From: a virus
Lineage: Duplodnaviria > Heunggongvirae > Uroviricota > Caudoviricetes
Virus record (IMG/VR): IMGVR_UViG_3300028833_002293
Coordinates: 1 to 36,534 of that record
Length of the DNA stretch: 36,534 nucleotides
Direction: 5' to 3' (one strand)
The notes beneath the pieces are model-generated. The model did not search any database, was not told where the DNA came from, and saw nothing but the letters and a program-made list of their open reading frames with translations. Both the position numbers and the translations under genes were made by a program. Positions 1 to 6,706 of this stretch are shown here, in pieces; positions within the stretch are counted from its first letter, which is position 1, and each line of letters begins with the position of its first letter.

Positions 1-86
1 ACCTTTTCAAATGTGCCACTAACTTCATTGTACTCTTTTTCTGTGAGCACTTTGTTTCCCTCTTTGTAAAATTCATTTCTATCCAT
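1..86 (-). CDS. hypothetical protein, runs off window start (MDRNEFYKEGNKVLTEKEYNEVSGTFEK...)
   Basis: Hand-translated; ATG at 86 lies just downstream of the promoter at 115-146. Confidence 0.7.
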   Translation of the reverse strand, partial: MDRNEFYKEGNKVLTEKEYNEVSGTFEK

Positions 87-114
87 AATCCAAATATTTA
101 ATTGTTTTGTGATG

Positions 115-146
115 CAAAGGTACGAAATTATTTTGAATTAACCAAA
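115..146 (-). promoter_or_regulatory. Bacteroidota sigmaA-type promoter
   Basis: Minus strand TTTG(146-143)-N20-TACCTTTG(122-115). Confidence 0.85.
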
Positions 147-195
147 CATTTTACCAATTATTTTCAATTTATTTTTAGAGAAGATTGTGAGTTTT

Positions 196-1098
196 TTACC
201 ACTCACAATCTTTATCGTTCACGTCTATAATGAAAGGACTTTTGGGAATACCTTTGAAATGATGTTTTCCGTTGATTTCTTCAAAATCATTTGCGCCAAC
301 CTTATAGATAAGACCTACAATTTGCTTTCCTTTTTGCAGCTTGTCCCAAACCCTATAATCGTAATCGTCACCGACAAGCACTTCAAAACCTTTCCACTTC
401 TTAGGTAACTCACTTGTCTTTGTCACACCAAACACGACCGCCACATTGTTGCCCATTCTAAGCCATTCCAAGCACTCCTTTTCGTTTTCAGCAGAACCAT
501 CCCTACTGAAAGTAAGATAGTAATTTTCATACTTGTTGGCTATCTTCCAATAATTCTTTACCTTTGTGTAATCATAGAAAGATACATTAGGGTACAATTC
601 CAAGATATTCTTTCCATTAAGATTGAAAGCCAATGGAGAAATGTCACTTGTACAATTCAACCTAACTGAAAACTCCATTCCAAGCCTTTTAGCCTTATTT
701 ATTGCTCTGTTTATCTCCATACACATCAACTTCATAAACAAAGGCTTGTTGGCGAAGAAAAGACGTGTTTTGAGTATTCTTGCGTCTTGAATACTTGTAT
801 TACCACTTAATGCGTTAATCTTAGCGTAGCCGCTACCAACAAGGCAACTTTCACGACACATAGAACTCTTTGGGCATACATTGATGTTTGAGGCATCAGC
901 AGAAGCCAAATAAACACCATAAGTGAGCATATTCAAAACCCCATTGTGGCTTAATTTCGTTGAATGATTGGTGTCACCAATATAAGATACACCAATCTCC
1001 TTTAAGGTCTTTTCATAACCTTTGTAAGTAATCTTGCTTAATCTGTTCATTTCATACTGAAACAAATTGTAGCCGATTGCATCATTTAACTTGCTCAT
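196..1098 (-). CDS. phage GP88-like protein (~300 aa)
   Basis: Motifs RLNCTSDI, FYDYTK, YYLTFS, VAVVF, GDDYDYR recognised as the GP88-type family. Start moved from TTG 1134 to ATG 1098, which follows AAGGAG. Confidence 0.7.
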   Translation of the reverse strand: MSKLNDAIGYNLFQYEMNRLSKITYKGYEKTLKEIGVSYIGDTNHSTKLSHNGVLNMLTYGVYLASADASNINVCPKSSMCRESCLVGSGYAKINALSGNTSIQDARILKTRLFFANKPLFMKLMCMEINRAINKAKRLGMEFSVRLNCTSDISPLAFNLNGKNILELYPNVSFYDYTKVKNYWKIANKYENYYLTFSRDGSAENEKECLEWLRMGNNVAVVFGVTKTSELPKKWKGFEVLVGDDYDYRVWDKLQKGKQIVGLIYKVGANDFEEINGKHHFKGIPKSPFIIDVNDKDCEW

Positions 1099-1156
1099 AA
1101 TCTCTATTCTCCTTTTTTTTTTATTGTTAGACAAGTTGTTTATCTCTTTCGTGATG

Positions 1157-1188
1157 CAAAGGTACGAAATTATTTTGAATTAGCCAAA
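1157..1188 (-). promoter_or_regulatory. sigmaA-type promoter
   Basis: TTTG-N20-TACCTTTG. Confidence 0.85.
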
Positions 1189-1240
1189 CAAAAAACAAAT
1201 TATTTTCAATTTATAATAATTTTTTTCTGAATTATTTACA

Positions 1241-1276
1241 AAAAAAAAAGAGGTGTGTCTATGGAAAGACAACACC
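1241..1276 (-). terminator. intrinsic terminator
   Basis: GGTG-T-TGTCT/TTCCAT/AGACA-CACC followed by TCTTTTTTTTT on minus strand. Confidence 0.7.
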
Positions 1277-1349
1277 AGTTCAACGAAGGGAATCGAACCC
1301 TTACATACACCTTTGCACCTCTTTTTATATATGCACAACTTCTTGATGG

Positions 1350-1574
1350 CTATTTTAGGCGTTTCGCCATCTTATAGTACTTTGAACAACCATCACTCGT
1401 TAAAGTGCCATTAAAAAATGCAATTAGTTTCTTTCTATTTGCTTTCTTTCTGCCAAGATTTCTTAACTTTGCGTTGTACTCGCTTCTTTCTTCATCAGTC
1501 GCATATTTACTTAACGGCTGAACCTTAATACCCTTTCTTACTTGATTTTTCATATTCTTGCTTGTATTATTCAT
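1350..1574 (-). CDS. hypothetical basic protein, 74 aa
   Basis: ORF track; 3 nt from upstream stop. Confidence 0.75.
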   Translation of the reverse strand: MNNTSKNMKNQVRKGIKVQPLSKYATDEERSEYNAKLRNLGRKKANRKKLIAFFNGTLTSDGCSKYYKMAKRLK

Positions 1575-1577
1575 AAC

Positions 1578-1946
1578 TTATTCTCCGATATATTTTACGT
1601 TTGCAGTCTGGCACCCACAATCTTTTCGGTTGCATAGAATGTTATATCCACTAAGCAACGTTTCATCATAGGTATTAAGTATCATTTCATCGTCAATTCT
1701 CTCACCACAATTAGGACAAGTTATAACAAAGTCCTCATAATTGTTTAATGGAAGATAGGCGATACCAAGCCCAATAAGGCATTTTAAGCCATTTTGAGAC
1801 ACTTTCCCATCATAGATAGCCAAACACCCATCTACCCCATCAAAACTCTGTGTAAGGGCAATCATATCAACATCTATTGCGTCATTGATAATCATACCAA
1901 TTTCCTCAGAAAAGATGTATATGCGTATTAAATATTTTTTATCCAT
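1578..1946 (-). CDS. hypothetical protein with C-terminal Zn-ribbon-like Cys motifs
   Basis: CPNCG ... CNRKDCGC; overlaps upstream stop. Confidence 0.75.
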   Translation of the reverse strand: MDKKYLIRIYIFSEEIGMIINDAIDVDMIALTQSFDGVDGCLAIYDGKVSQNGLKCLIGLGIAYLPLNNYEDFVITCPNCGERIDDEMILNTYDETLLSGYNILCNRKDCGCQTANVKYIGE

Positions 1947-2220
1947 AGTTTTCTTCCCACCAATTTTTAATATCTATATCAGCACCAAGGTATGTGCCTA
2001 ATTCGTTTTTATCCTCTTTGCTCAAAGAACTACAATTCAGAATTGCATCATCAATGGCATTGCACAAGTCATGCGCGTCAACAATGTTTTCATAGCAGTC
2101 ATCATATTCACCATCAACTTCTCCATCAATTTCAATACCATTATTTGTTGCGACAACATCAAGTTCTTCTGACGTGTTGCCAATGTTAAAGCGGAAATTT
2201 TCTAACTCTGTAAACTTCAT
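1939..2220 (-). CDS. acidic hypothetical protein, 93 aa (MKFTELENF...)
   Basis: True start is likely ATG 2220, downstream of promoter 2251-2281; the track extension to 2346 crosses the promoter and terminator. Confidence 0.75.
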   Translation of the reverse strand: MKFTELENFRFNIGNTSEELDVVATNNGIEIDGEVDGEYDDCYENIVDAHDLCNAIDDAILNCSSLSKEDKNELGTYLGADIDIKNWWEENYG

Positions 2221-2250
2221 AATCTTATCTCCTATATTTGTTTCGTGATG

Positions 2251-2281
2251 CAAAGGTACGAAAAAAAATTGAATTAGCAAA
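2251..2281 (-). promoter_or_regulatory. sigmaA-type promoter
   Basis: TTTG-N19-TACCTTTG. Confidence 0.8.
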
Positions 2282-2286
2282 ATAAA

Positions 2287-2311
2287 ACCCCAACTTTTTT
2301 TGAGTTGGGGT
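2287..2311 (-). terminator. intrinsic terminator of the DUF932 gene
   Basis: ACCCCAACT/CAAAAAA/AGTTGGGGT perfect 9-bp stem followed by TTTATTTT. Confidence 0.8.
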
Positions 2312-2324
2312 CTATTTTTAACAC

Positions 2325-3425
2325 TTAGGCTGCAATTTTCATGCACATATCGTATGCGCCTTGTACCTTGTTGTATATGTTTCCGTCTAAGATAGAATCA
2401 AACTTGATTTCTGCGCTGCGCTCTGTCGCTTCATTCTGAAAGTAACTTGTCAGTCCATTCATCAGCCACATGGCAGTACCCTTTTCTTGACCCTCTTGAC
2501 CTACACCACTCTCTAAACACTCACGCACACCAAGGAACAGATTACGTCCTCGCGTCTTAATGTCCTCATGGTTGATGTTTCGTGTCTCCATGAAAACCTT
2601 TGCAGCGTCCTTTGAGAGAACCGTCTGTGCAATAATGTTCTCCAAGTCTCTCTCTGCTAACTTGATGTTGCGAAGATGGTCGAAACACTCTTTCATCCCA
2701 TCAGTGTAAACCTTTGCCACGTTGAGAGCCTTATAAGCGAACTCTGCATTTTCTTGATTAAGCAAATCAAGTCTATCCATGACCTTAGAAGAGTGACGAA
2801 AAGCAATACGTCCGATGTTGTCTTTCATTGCCCAATTAAGAGTATTGTTGCAGACCACACGCACTGGAGTAACCATACAACGAACTGAACCAGTGCCGTC
2901 ATGTGATGTGGTGAAAACCACATACATATCTACCAAATCGTCACGCTGCGCATCAAGAACAATCTGCTGTGGGAACTTTGCGGTAACGAACACACGCTCG
3001 CCTTGACCAAGCACACCGCACGTCTCGATAACTGGGGTGTTGTCTCTGTCGGCAAACTTACCACTACAGAACATATCCACGAACTTGAAAGCGTCCTCGT
3101 TCTGCACGATACCATATTTGTCAGAGACGATACCAAGCGACTTGTTGGTGTCTGTGCGCATGGTGGCACGAGTGTTGCTAATCATCAGAGAGAGTAATTT
3201 GTCGGCTTCAATCTTCTCACCATTCTGAATGGCAGTCAGAATCTCGTCAGACAAGGCAACCACTGGTTGCAACTTCACATTATAGTCAGCATGGCATAAC
3301 TTCAAAGCGTCAGCCACGAACATAGGCTCATCTACCACTTGACCAAGCCCATGCCAAGCGCGTTCACGCTTTCCGTTCTCAGCGAAAGAAGCAACTCCGT
3401 TTACCATTTCAATCATTGCACTCAT
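2325..3425 (-). CDS. DUF932 family protein (TIGR03299-like phage/plasmid protein), 366 aa
   Basis: AWHGLG, IVQNEDAF, ETCGVLGQGERVF, TSHDGTGS, TPVRVVCNNTL, HS motifs. Confidence 0.9.
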   Translation of the reverse strand: MSAMIEMVNGVASFAENGKRERAWHGLGQVVDEPMFVADALKLCHADYNVKLQPVVALSDEILTAIQNGEKIEADKLLSLMISNTRATMRTDTNKSLGIVSDKYGIVQNEDAFKFVDMFCSGKFADRDNTPVIETCGVLGQGERVFVTAKFPQQIVLDAQRDDLVDMYVVFTTSHDGTGSVRCMVTPVRVVCNNTLNWAMKDNIGRIAFRHSSKVMDRLDLLNQENAEFAYKALNVAKVYTDGMKECFDHLRNIKLAERDLENIIAQTVLSKDAAKVFMETRNINHEDIKTRGRNLFLGVRECLESGVGQEGQEKGTAMWLMNGLTSYFQNEATERSAEIKFDSILDGNIYNKVQGAYDMCMKIAA

Positions 3426-3481
3426 AGTCTAAATCTCCTTTTAATTTAAGATGTTAATAACTTTGTTTCTTAATCACGATG

Positions 3482-3513
3482 CAAAGGTACGAAATTATTT
3501 TCAATCTACCAAA
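3482..3513 (-). promoter_or_regulatory. sigmaA-type promoter
   Basis: TTTG-N20-TACCTTTG. Confidence 0.85.
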
Positions 3514-3568
3514 CAAAAATCAAATTATTTTCAATTTATAATAATATTTTTCTTGTTTCTTGACAAAA

Positions 3569-3967
3569 TTACTTCTTTTTCTGTGGTTTTTTCACCACTT
3601 CTACCCTAATTTTATCCTTCTTGAAATTCTTTTGAGACTTATGCTGCAATATATCTATGTAATGATTAAACCTCTCATTCATGGTATCTCGCACTTCATA
3701 ATACCCATGTCCCTCAATATGAATTATACTCCCTAAAGGTATGCACCAAAGCAAATCTCTACTCACGGCACAATATTTAATTTTTCCCCTTTTTAGTTTT
3801 TTCATGTCAATCTTTGTACCATCAGCAGTAATCAATGGACTATCATCACATTGACTTGCAACTGCATTATAAGTAGTTAAAGTAACATGGGTGATAAATG
3901 GTTTATCTTTGGCAAAGGTGACAGATGCCACCAATGCTATTATACAAATAATGAATAACTTTCTCAT
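3569..3967 (-). CDS. secreted 3D-domain (double-psi beta-barrel, lytic transglycosylase-like) protein
   Basis: Signal peptide MRKLFIICIIALVASVTFA; T-TYN, TADG, AVSRDLL, GS-I-IEG-G-Y-V-DTM, YIDI motifs. Confidence 0.8.
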   Translation of the reverse strand: MRKLFIICIIALVASVTFAKDKPFITHVTLTTYNAVASQCDDSPLITADGTKIDMKKLKRGKIKYCAVSRDLLWCIPLGSIIHIEGHGYYEVRDTMNERFNHYIDILQHKSQKNFKKDKIRVEVVKKPQKKK

Positions 3968-3980
3968 ATACCTTATTATA

Positions 3981-4430
3981 TTAATAGGGATAATCAATTT
4001 CTTTAAAGTAATCTATAATCTTTTTAGAGGTCTGTGCAGCATACTGATTGCGAGGGTCAAACAACCCCTTTTCACAATTTTCAGCAAGCAACTTGATGTA
4101 CTCCAAGCACACCTTAAACATTTCGTTTTGTAGGTATCTGTGCTCACGACACATCACTTCTGCTACGTGCTTCTTGCTATGCAACTTACCATTGACAAAG
4201 TTGCCGAAAAAACGTGCAAACACATCGTCCATGTTCTCACCACATTTTGGGCAAAGGTCATACTTGAAACGTTCATATACCTTTTTCATGAGAAATTCTT
4301 TTTCGTCTGAATCTACATGGGTATCATCCATTTCCAAGTATTTACCATCAATCAAACGTGCAATCTGCTCATTTGACAACTCATAGGATGCGTATTCCCT
4401 ACCATCAATATTAAACTTTCTTTCTGCCAT
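3981..4430 (-). CDS. hypothetical protein, ~149 aa
   Basis: ORF track; ATG 4430 follows promoter 4457-4488. Confidence 0.8.
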   Translation of the reverse strand: MAERKFNIDGREYASYELSNEQIARLIDGKYLEMDDTHVDSDEKEFLMKKVYERFKYDLCPKCGENMDDVFARFFGNFVNGKLHSKKHVAEVMCREHRYLQNEMFKVCLEYIKLLAENCEKGLFDPRNQYAAQTSKKIIDYFKEIDYPY

Positions 4431-4456
4431 AATCACTTCATTTTTTAAATCTGCTG

Positions 4457-4488
4457 CAAAGGTACGAAATTATAATGAATCTACCAAA
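4457..4488 (-). promoter_or_regulatory. sigmaA-type promoter (left member of divergent pair)
   Basis: TTTG-N20-TACCTTTG. Confidence 0.85.
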
Positions 4489-4593
4489 AAAATTCTTATA
4501 AAAATACTGGCTATTAAGGTTTTTTAACACTTAGGGTCTTTTATATATTATAATAAGGTGAAAAGAAATAATTTCAAAAAAATCATTAAAACG

Positions 4594-4625
4594 TTTGGCT
4601 ATCTCGATTTTTTTTCTTACCTTTG
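4594..4625 (+). promoter_or_regulatory. sigmaA-type promoter (right member of divergent pair)
   Basis: TTTG(4594-4597)-N20-TACCTTTG(4618-4625). Confidence 0.85.
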
Positions 4626-4654
4626 CACCACGAAAACGATAAAACAAAAAGAAA

Positions 4655-4885
4655 ATGGATAAAAACTTGAATGTAAGAGTAATCGGAGTGCCAAAAAGTG
4701 CGTCCTACGACAAAAAGTGGATGGACACAATCTCTGACAAAGAAATGAGTGAACTTGCTCTTTCTGACGGAGATACGGCAATCTTTGAAAGTATGGAAGA
4801 GTTCAGTGAGGTTGTTTTGAACAATCCGAGCGCAAAAGAACAACTACTTAGTAATTGGTGGTATTTCTTAACTGACTTGGCATGA
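4655..4885 (+). CDS. hypothetical acidic protein, 76 aa
   Basis: ORF track; first gene after plus-strand promoter. Confidence 0.8.
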   Translation: MDKNLNVRVIGVPKSASYDKKWMDTISDKEMSELALSDGDTAIFESMEEFSEVVLNNPSAKEQLLSNWWYFLTDLA

Positions 4886-5226
4886 GAAAAGATTATCTAA
4901 AAGTAGCCAAGGCTCTCTATAAGCCTACACCAAAGGTTGAGGGTCTTGTGCTGAAGTTATGTGACTTGTTTGATAAGCCACTACCAAATGGTGTGACTAT
5001 AACATCCTTAACATTCAAGGAGGGTTCTCTAAAAGTTGGTGGTTTATCTGTCAAGGAACTCATCAGAGGTGGACAGCATTGCGGTATAGAGGTACATTGG
5101 TATCCAGATTTCACGAAGTCCACTAAGACTGACCCATTCTGTAGTGCTTTCATATTGCGCTACAACTCTCTCGAAAAACTCTACCGTGAGGTGGAAAAGG
5201 TACTCTCAGCAATGAGAGTTGCGTAA
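4882..5226 (+). CDS. hypothetical protein, 114 aa
   Basis: ATGA overlap with upstream stop. Confidence 0.8.
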   Translation: MRKDYLKVAKALYKPTPKVEGLVLKLCDLFDKPLPNGVTITSLTFKEGSLKVGGLSVKELIRGGQHCGIEVHWYPDFTKSTKTDPFCSAFILRYNSLEKLYREVEKVLSAMRVA

Positions 5227-5331
5227 ACAACATTTAAACTTAGTATTAATCTTAACAGTACTGACCCCATTGTTGTTGAAACAGTGGGGATGTACGTCAT
5301 TTCACTGACGTTCAATGGCAACAACTGCCGT

Positions 5332-5347
5332 TGTACTTTTTTAAGTC
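5332..5347 (+). repeat. 16-bp motif copy 1 (TGTACTTTTTTAAGTC)
   Basis: One mismatch to consensus TGTACTTATTTAAGTC. Confidence 0.9.
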
Positions 5348-5353
5348 TTTAAT

Positions 5354-5539
5354 ATGGCAAATAGAATTAATTATCACATCGGATTTTATACGAGAGACGG
5401 AATCTTTAGTGTATTAGGTAATAAGAAACGCTTTCGTAACTTTTTCCCTACAAGGGAAATGGCTGAAGAAAAACGCAAAGAACTTCAAAGAAACTACAAA
5501 CATAGACTAGAAATACAACCATTCCATTATAGTTTCTAA
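5354..5539 (+). CDS. hypothetical protein, 61 aa (between motif copies 1 and 2)
   Basis: ORF track; FFPTREMAEE motif. Confidence 0.75.
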   Translation: MANRINYHIGFYTRDGIFSVLGNKKRFRNFFPTREMAEEKRKELQRNYKHRLEIQPFHYSF

Positions 5540-5551
5540 ATAGACCCACGT

Positions 5552-5567
5552 TGTACTTATTTAAGTC
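5552..5567 (+). repeat. 16-bp motif copy 2
   Basis: TGTACTTATTTAAGTC exact. Confidence 0.95.
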
Positions 5568-5593
5568 TATTTAGAGATTTTTCCATACAATAA

Positions 5594-5625
5594 TTTGTTT
5601 ATTACAAATATTTTTCATATCTTTG
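5594..5625 (+). promoter_or_regulatory. sigmaA-type promoter
   Basis: TTTG-N20-TATCTTTG. Confidence 0.8.
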
Positions 5626-5676
5626 CACTGTATATGCGTATCCAATTGGATACAAACAGTTAATTAATTTTAATAT

Positions 5677-5892
5677 ATGGCAAAATATTATATTAATACA
5701 AATGATGGGCGTAAATATATTAAGGAAATTGATTACGCCCAAGGAAAACTCACATTCACAAACGATGTAAATGAGGCATACAGAGGTAGGGATGGATTCT
5801 ACGCCAATGCAACTAGGGATATGATACGTAGAGGATTCAGCGATGAGTATCCAGAGATAGAGAATCTACAGTGCGAAGCTCCATACTATTAA
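5677..5892 (+). CDS. hypothetical protein, 71 aa (paralogue of 5947-6177)
   Basis: KYIKEIDYAQGKLTFTNDVNEA vs EYLKTLDTAEGKIEFTKEPSEA. Confidence 0.8.
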   Translation: MAKYYINTNDGRKYIKEIDYAQGKLTFTNDVNEAYRGRDGFYANATRDMIRRGFSDEYPEIENLQCEAPYY

Positions 5893-5903
5893 ACACCCCT
5901 CGC

Positions 5904-5919
5904 TGTACTTATTTAAGTC
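5904..5919 (+). repeat. 16-bp motif copy 3
   Basis: TGTACTTATTTAAGTC exact. Confidence 0.95.
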
Positions 5920-5946
5920 TAATTATTAATAAACAGTATACTAAAT

Positions 5947-6177
5947 ATGGGAGGTTATCTATTACAGAATTCAAAAAAAGAGTATCTGAAGACTCTAGAT
6001 ACTGCGGAAGGTAAAATTGAATTTACCAAAGAACCAAGTGAAGCGAGAAACTACTCTGGCCGTCCAGGAGGTGGACAATGGGATGCTGACAATGAAAAAC
6101 AATACCTAGACTTCCACTTCGGAGAAGAGTATGGAGATAGAGTAAAATCATTACATTGTGTCTACCGTGAATGGTAG
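5947..6177 (+). CDS. hypothetical protein, 76 aa (paralogue of 5677-5892)
   Basis: ORF track; shared Y-x-K-x-L-D-x-x-x-GK-x-x-FT-x4-EA pattern. Confidence 0.8.
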   Translation: MGGYLLQNSKKEYLKTLDTAEGKIEFTKEPSEARNYSGRPGGGQWDADNEKQYLDFHFGEEYGDRVKSLHCVYREW

Positions 6178-6232
6178 TCACAACCCCCTACGTGTAGACC
6201 GCTTCAGCGGAATTCAGCGGCAACAGCCAAGC

Positions 6233-6248
6233 TGTACTTATTTAAGTC
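6233..6248 (+). repeat. 16-bp motif copy 4
   Basis: TGTACTTATTTAAGTC exact. Confidence 0.95.
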
Positions 6249-6255
6249 CATATAT

Positions 6256-6468
6256 ATGGGAAAAGCAATCTTAGAGTTTACTCTCAATGGGAGGAAACAT
6301 ACATACTTCAGAAGGAAAGACCTCTATGGGAAACCATTGACCACTACCAATAAGAATAGTGCTCGACATGTGAAAGAGTCTGACATCAAAGGTACAATAG
6401 CACTTCTGATAAAAGAATATGGTAAGAGTAATATAACAGACATGAATGTAATTAAGGATGAAGCATAA
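6256..6468 (+). CDS. hypothetical protein, 70 aa
   Basis: ORF track; GKPLTTTNKNSA weakly echoes neighbouring GKLTFTNDVNEA. Confidence 0.75.
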   Translation: MGKAILEFTLNGRKHTYFRRKDLYGKPLTTTNKNSARHVKESDIKGTIALLIKEYGKSNITDMNVIKDEA

Positions 6469-6484
6469 AGCCTCATCCTTTTTT
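6454..6484 (+). terminator. intrinsic terminator ending the plus-strand island
   Basis: AAGGATGAAGC/ATAAA/GCCTCATCCTT followed by TTTT. Confidence 0.7.
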
Positions 6485-6496
6485 AGTATATAAAAA

Positions 6497-6530
6497 AAGT
6501 ATCTACACGTTTCACAACGTATGGATACTT
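6497..6530 (-). terminator. GUGA(GNRA)-capped intrinsic terminator
   Basis: GTATCCATACGTT/GTGA/AACGTGTAGATAC followed by TTTTTTT on minus strand. Confidence 0.7.
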
Positions 6531-6681
6531 CCGCTTAAGCTAACCTTAAATCTAATACCATGAAAAACACATTTTTTGTCTCTGAAATTTAAGCTTTATG
6601 TCCAAAAAAACTAAACTTAAAACAAAAATAAAAATATATATTTCTACTAACCTTTAATATAAATATATCCTACCCCCTATT

Positions 6682-6697
6682 TGTACTTATTTAAGTC
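6682..6697 (+). repeat. 16-bp motif copy 5
   Basis: TGTACTTATTTAAGTC exact; no plus-strand ORF follows. Confidence 0.95.
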
Positions 6698-6706
6698 CAA
6701 TTTTTT

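Noticed and set aside
1260-1326. Complete or circularly permuted tRNA
   Set aside because: A T-arm is present, with nearby TGCAAA and TGAACTGGT strings, but no anticodon stem or acceptor stem pairs.
4586-5153. Minus-strand ORFs 4586-4843 and 4917-5153
   Set aside because: Antisense to the coupled plus-strand genes driven by promoter 4594-4625.
5332-6697. CRISPR array interpretation of the 16-bp repeats
   Set aside because: The repeats are too short and the intervals are 220-449 bp, each containing a whole gene rather than a 30-40 nt spacer; no cas genes are present.
5332-6697. dif/Xer or integron attC identity of the repeat
   Set aside because: It lacks the 11-6-11 XerC/XerD layout with TTATGTTAAAT and the RYYYAAC...GTTRRRY ends of attC; only the architecture is analogous.
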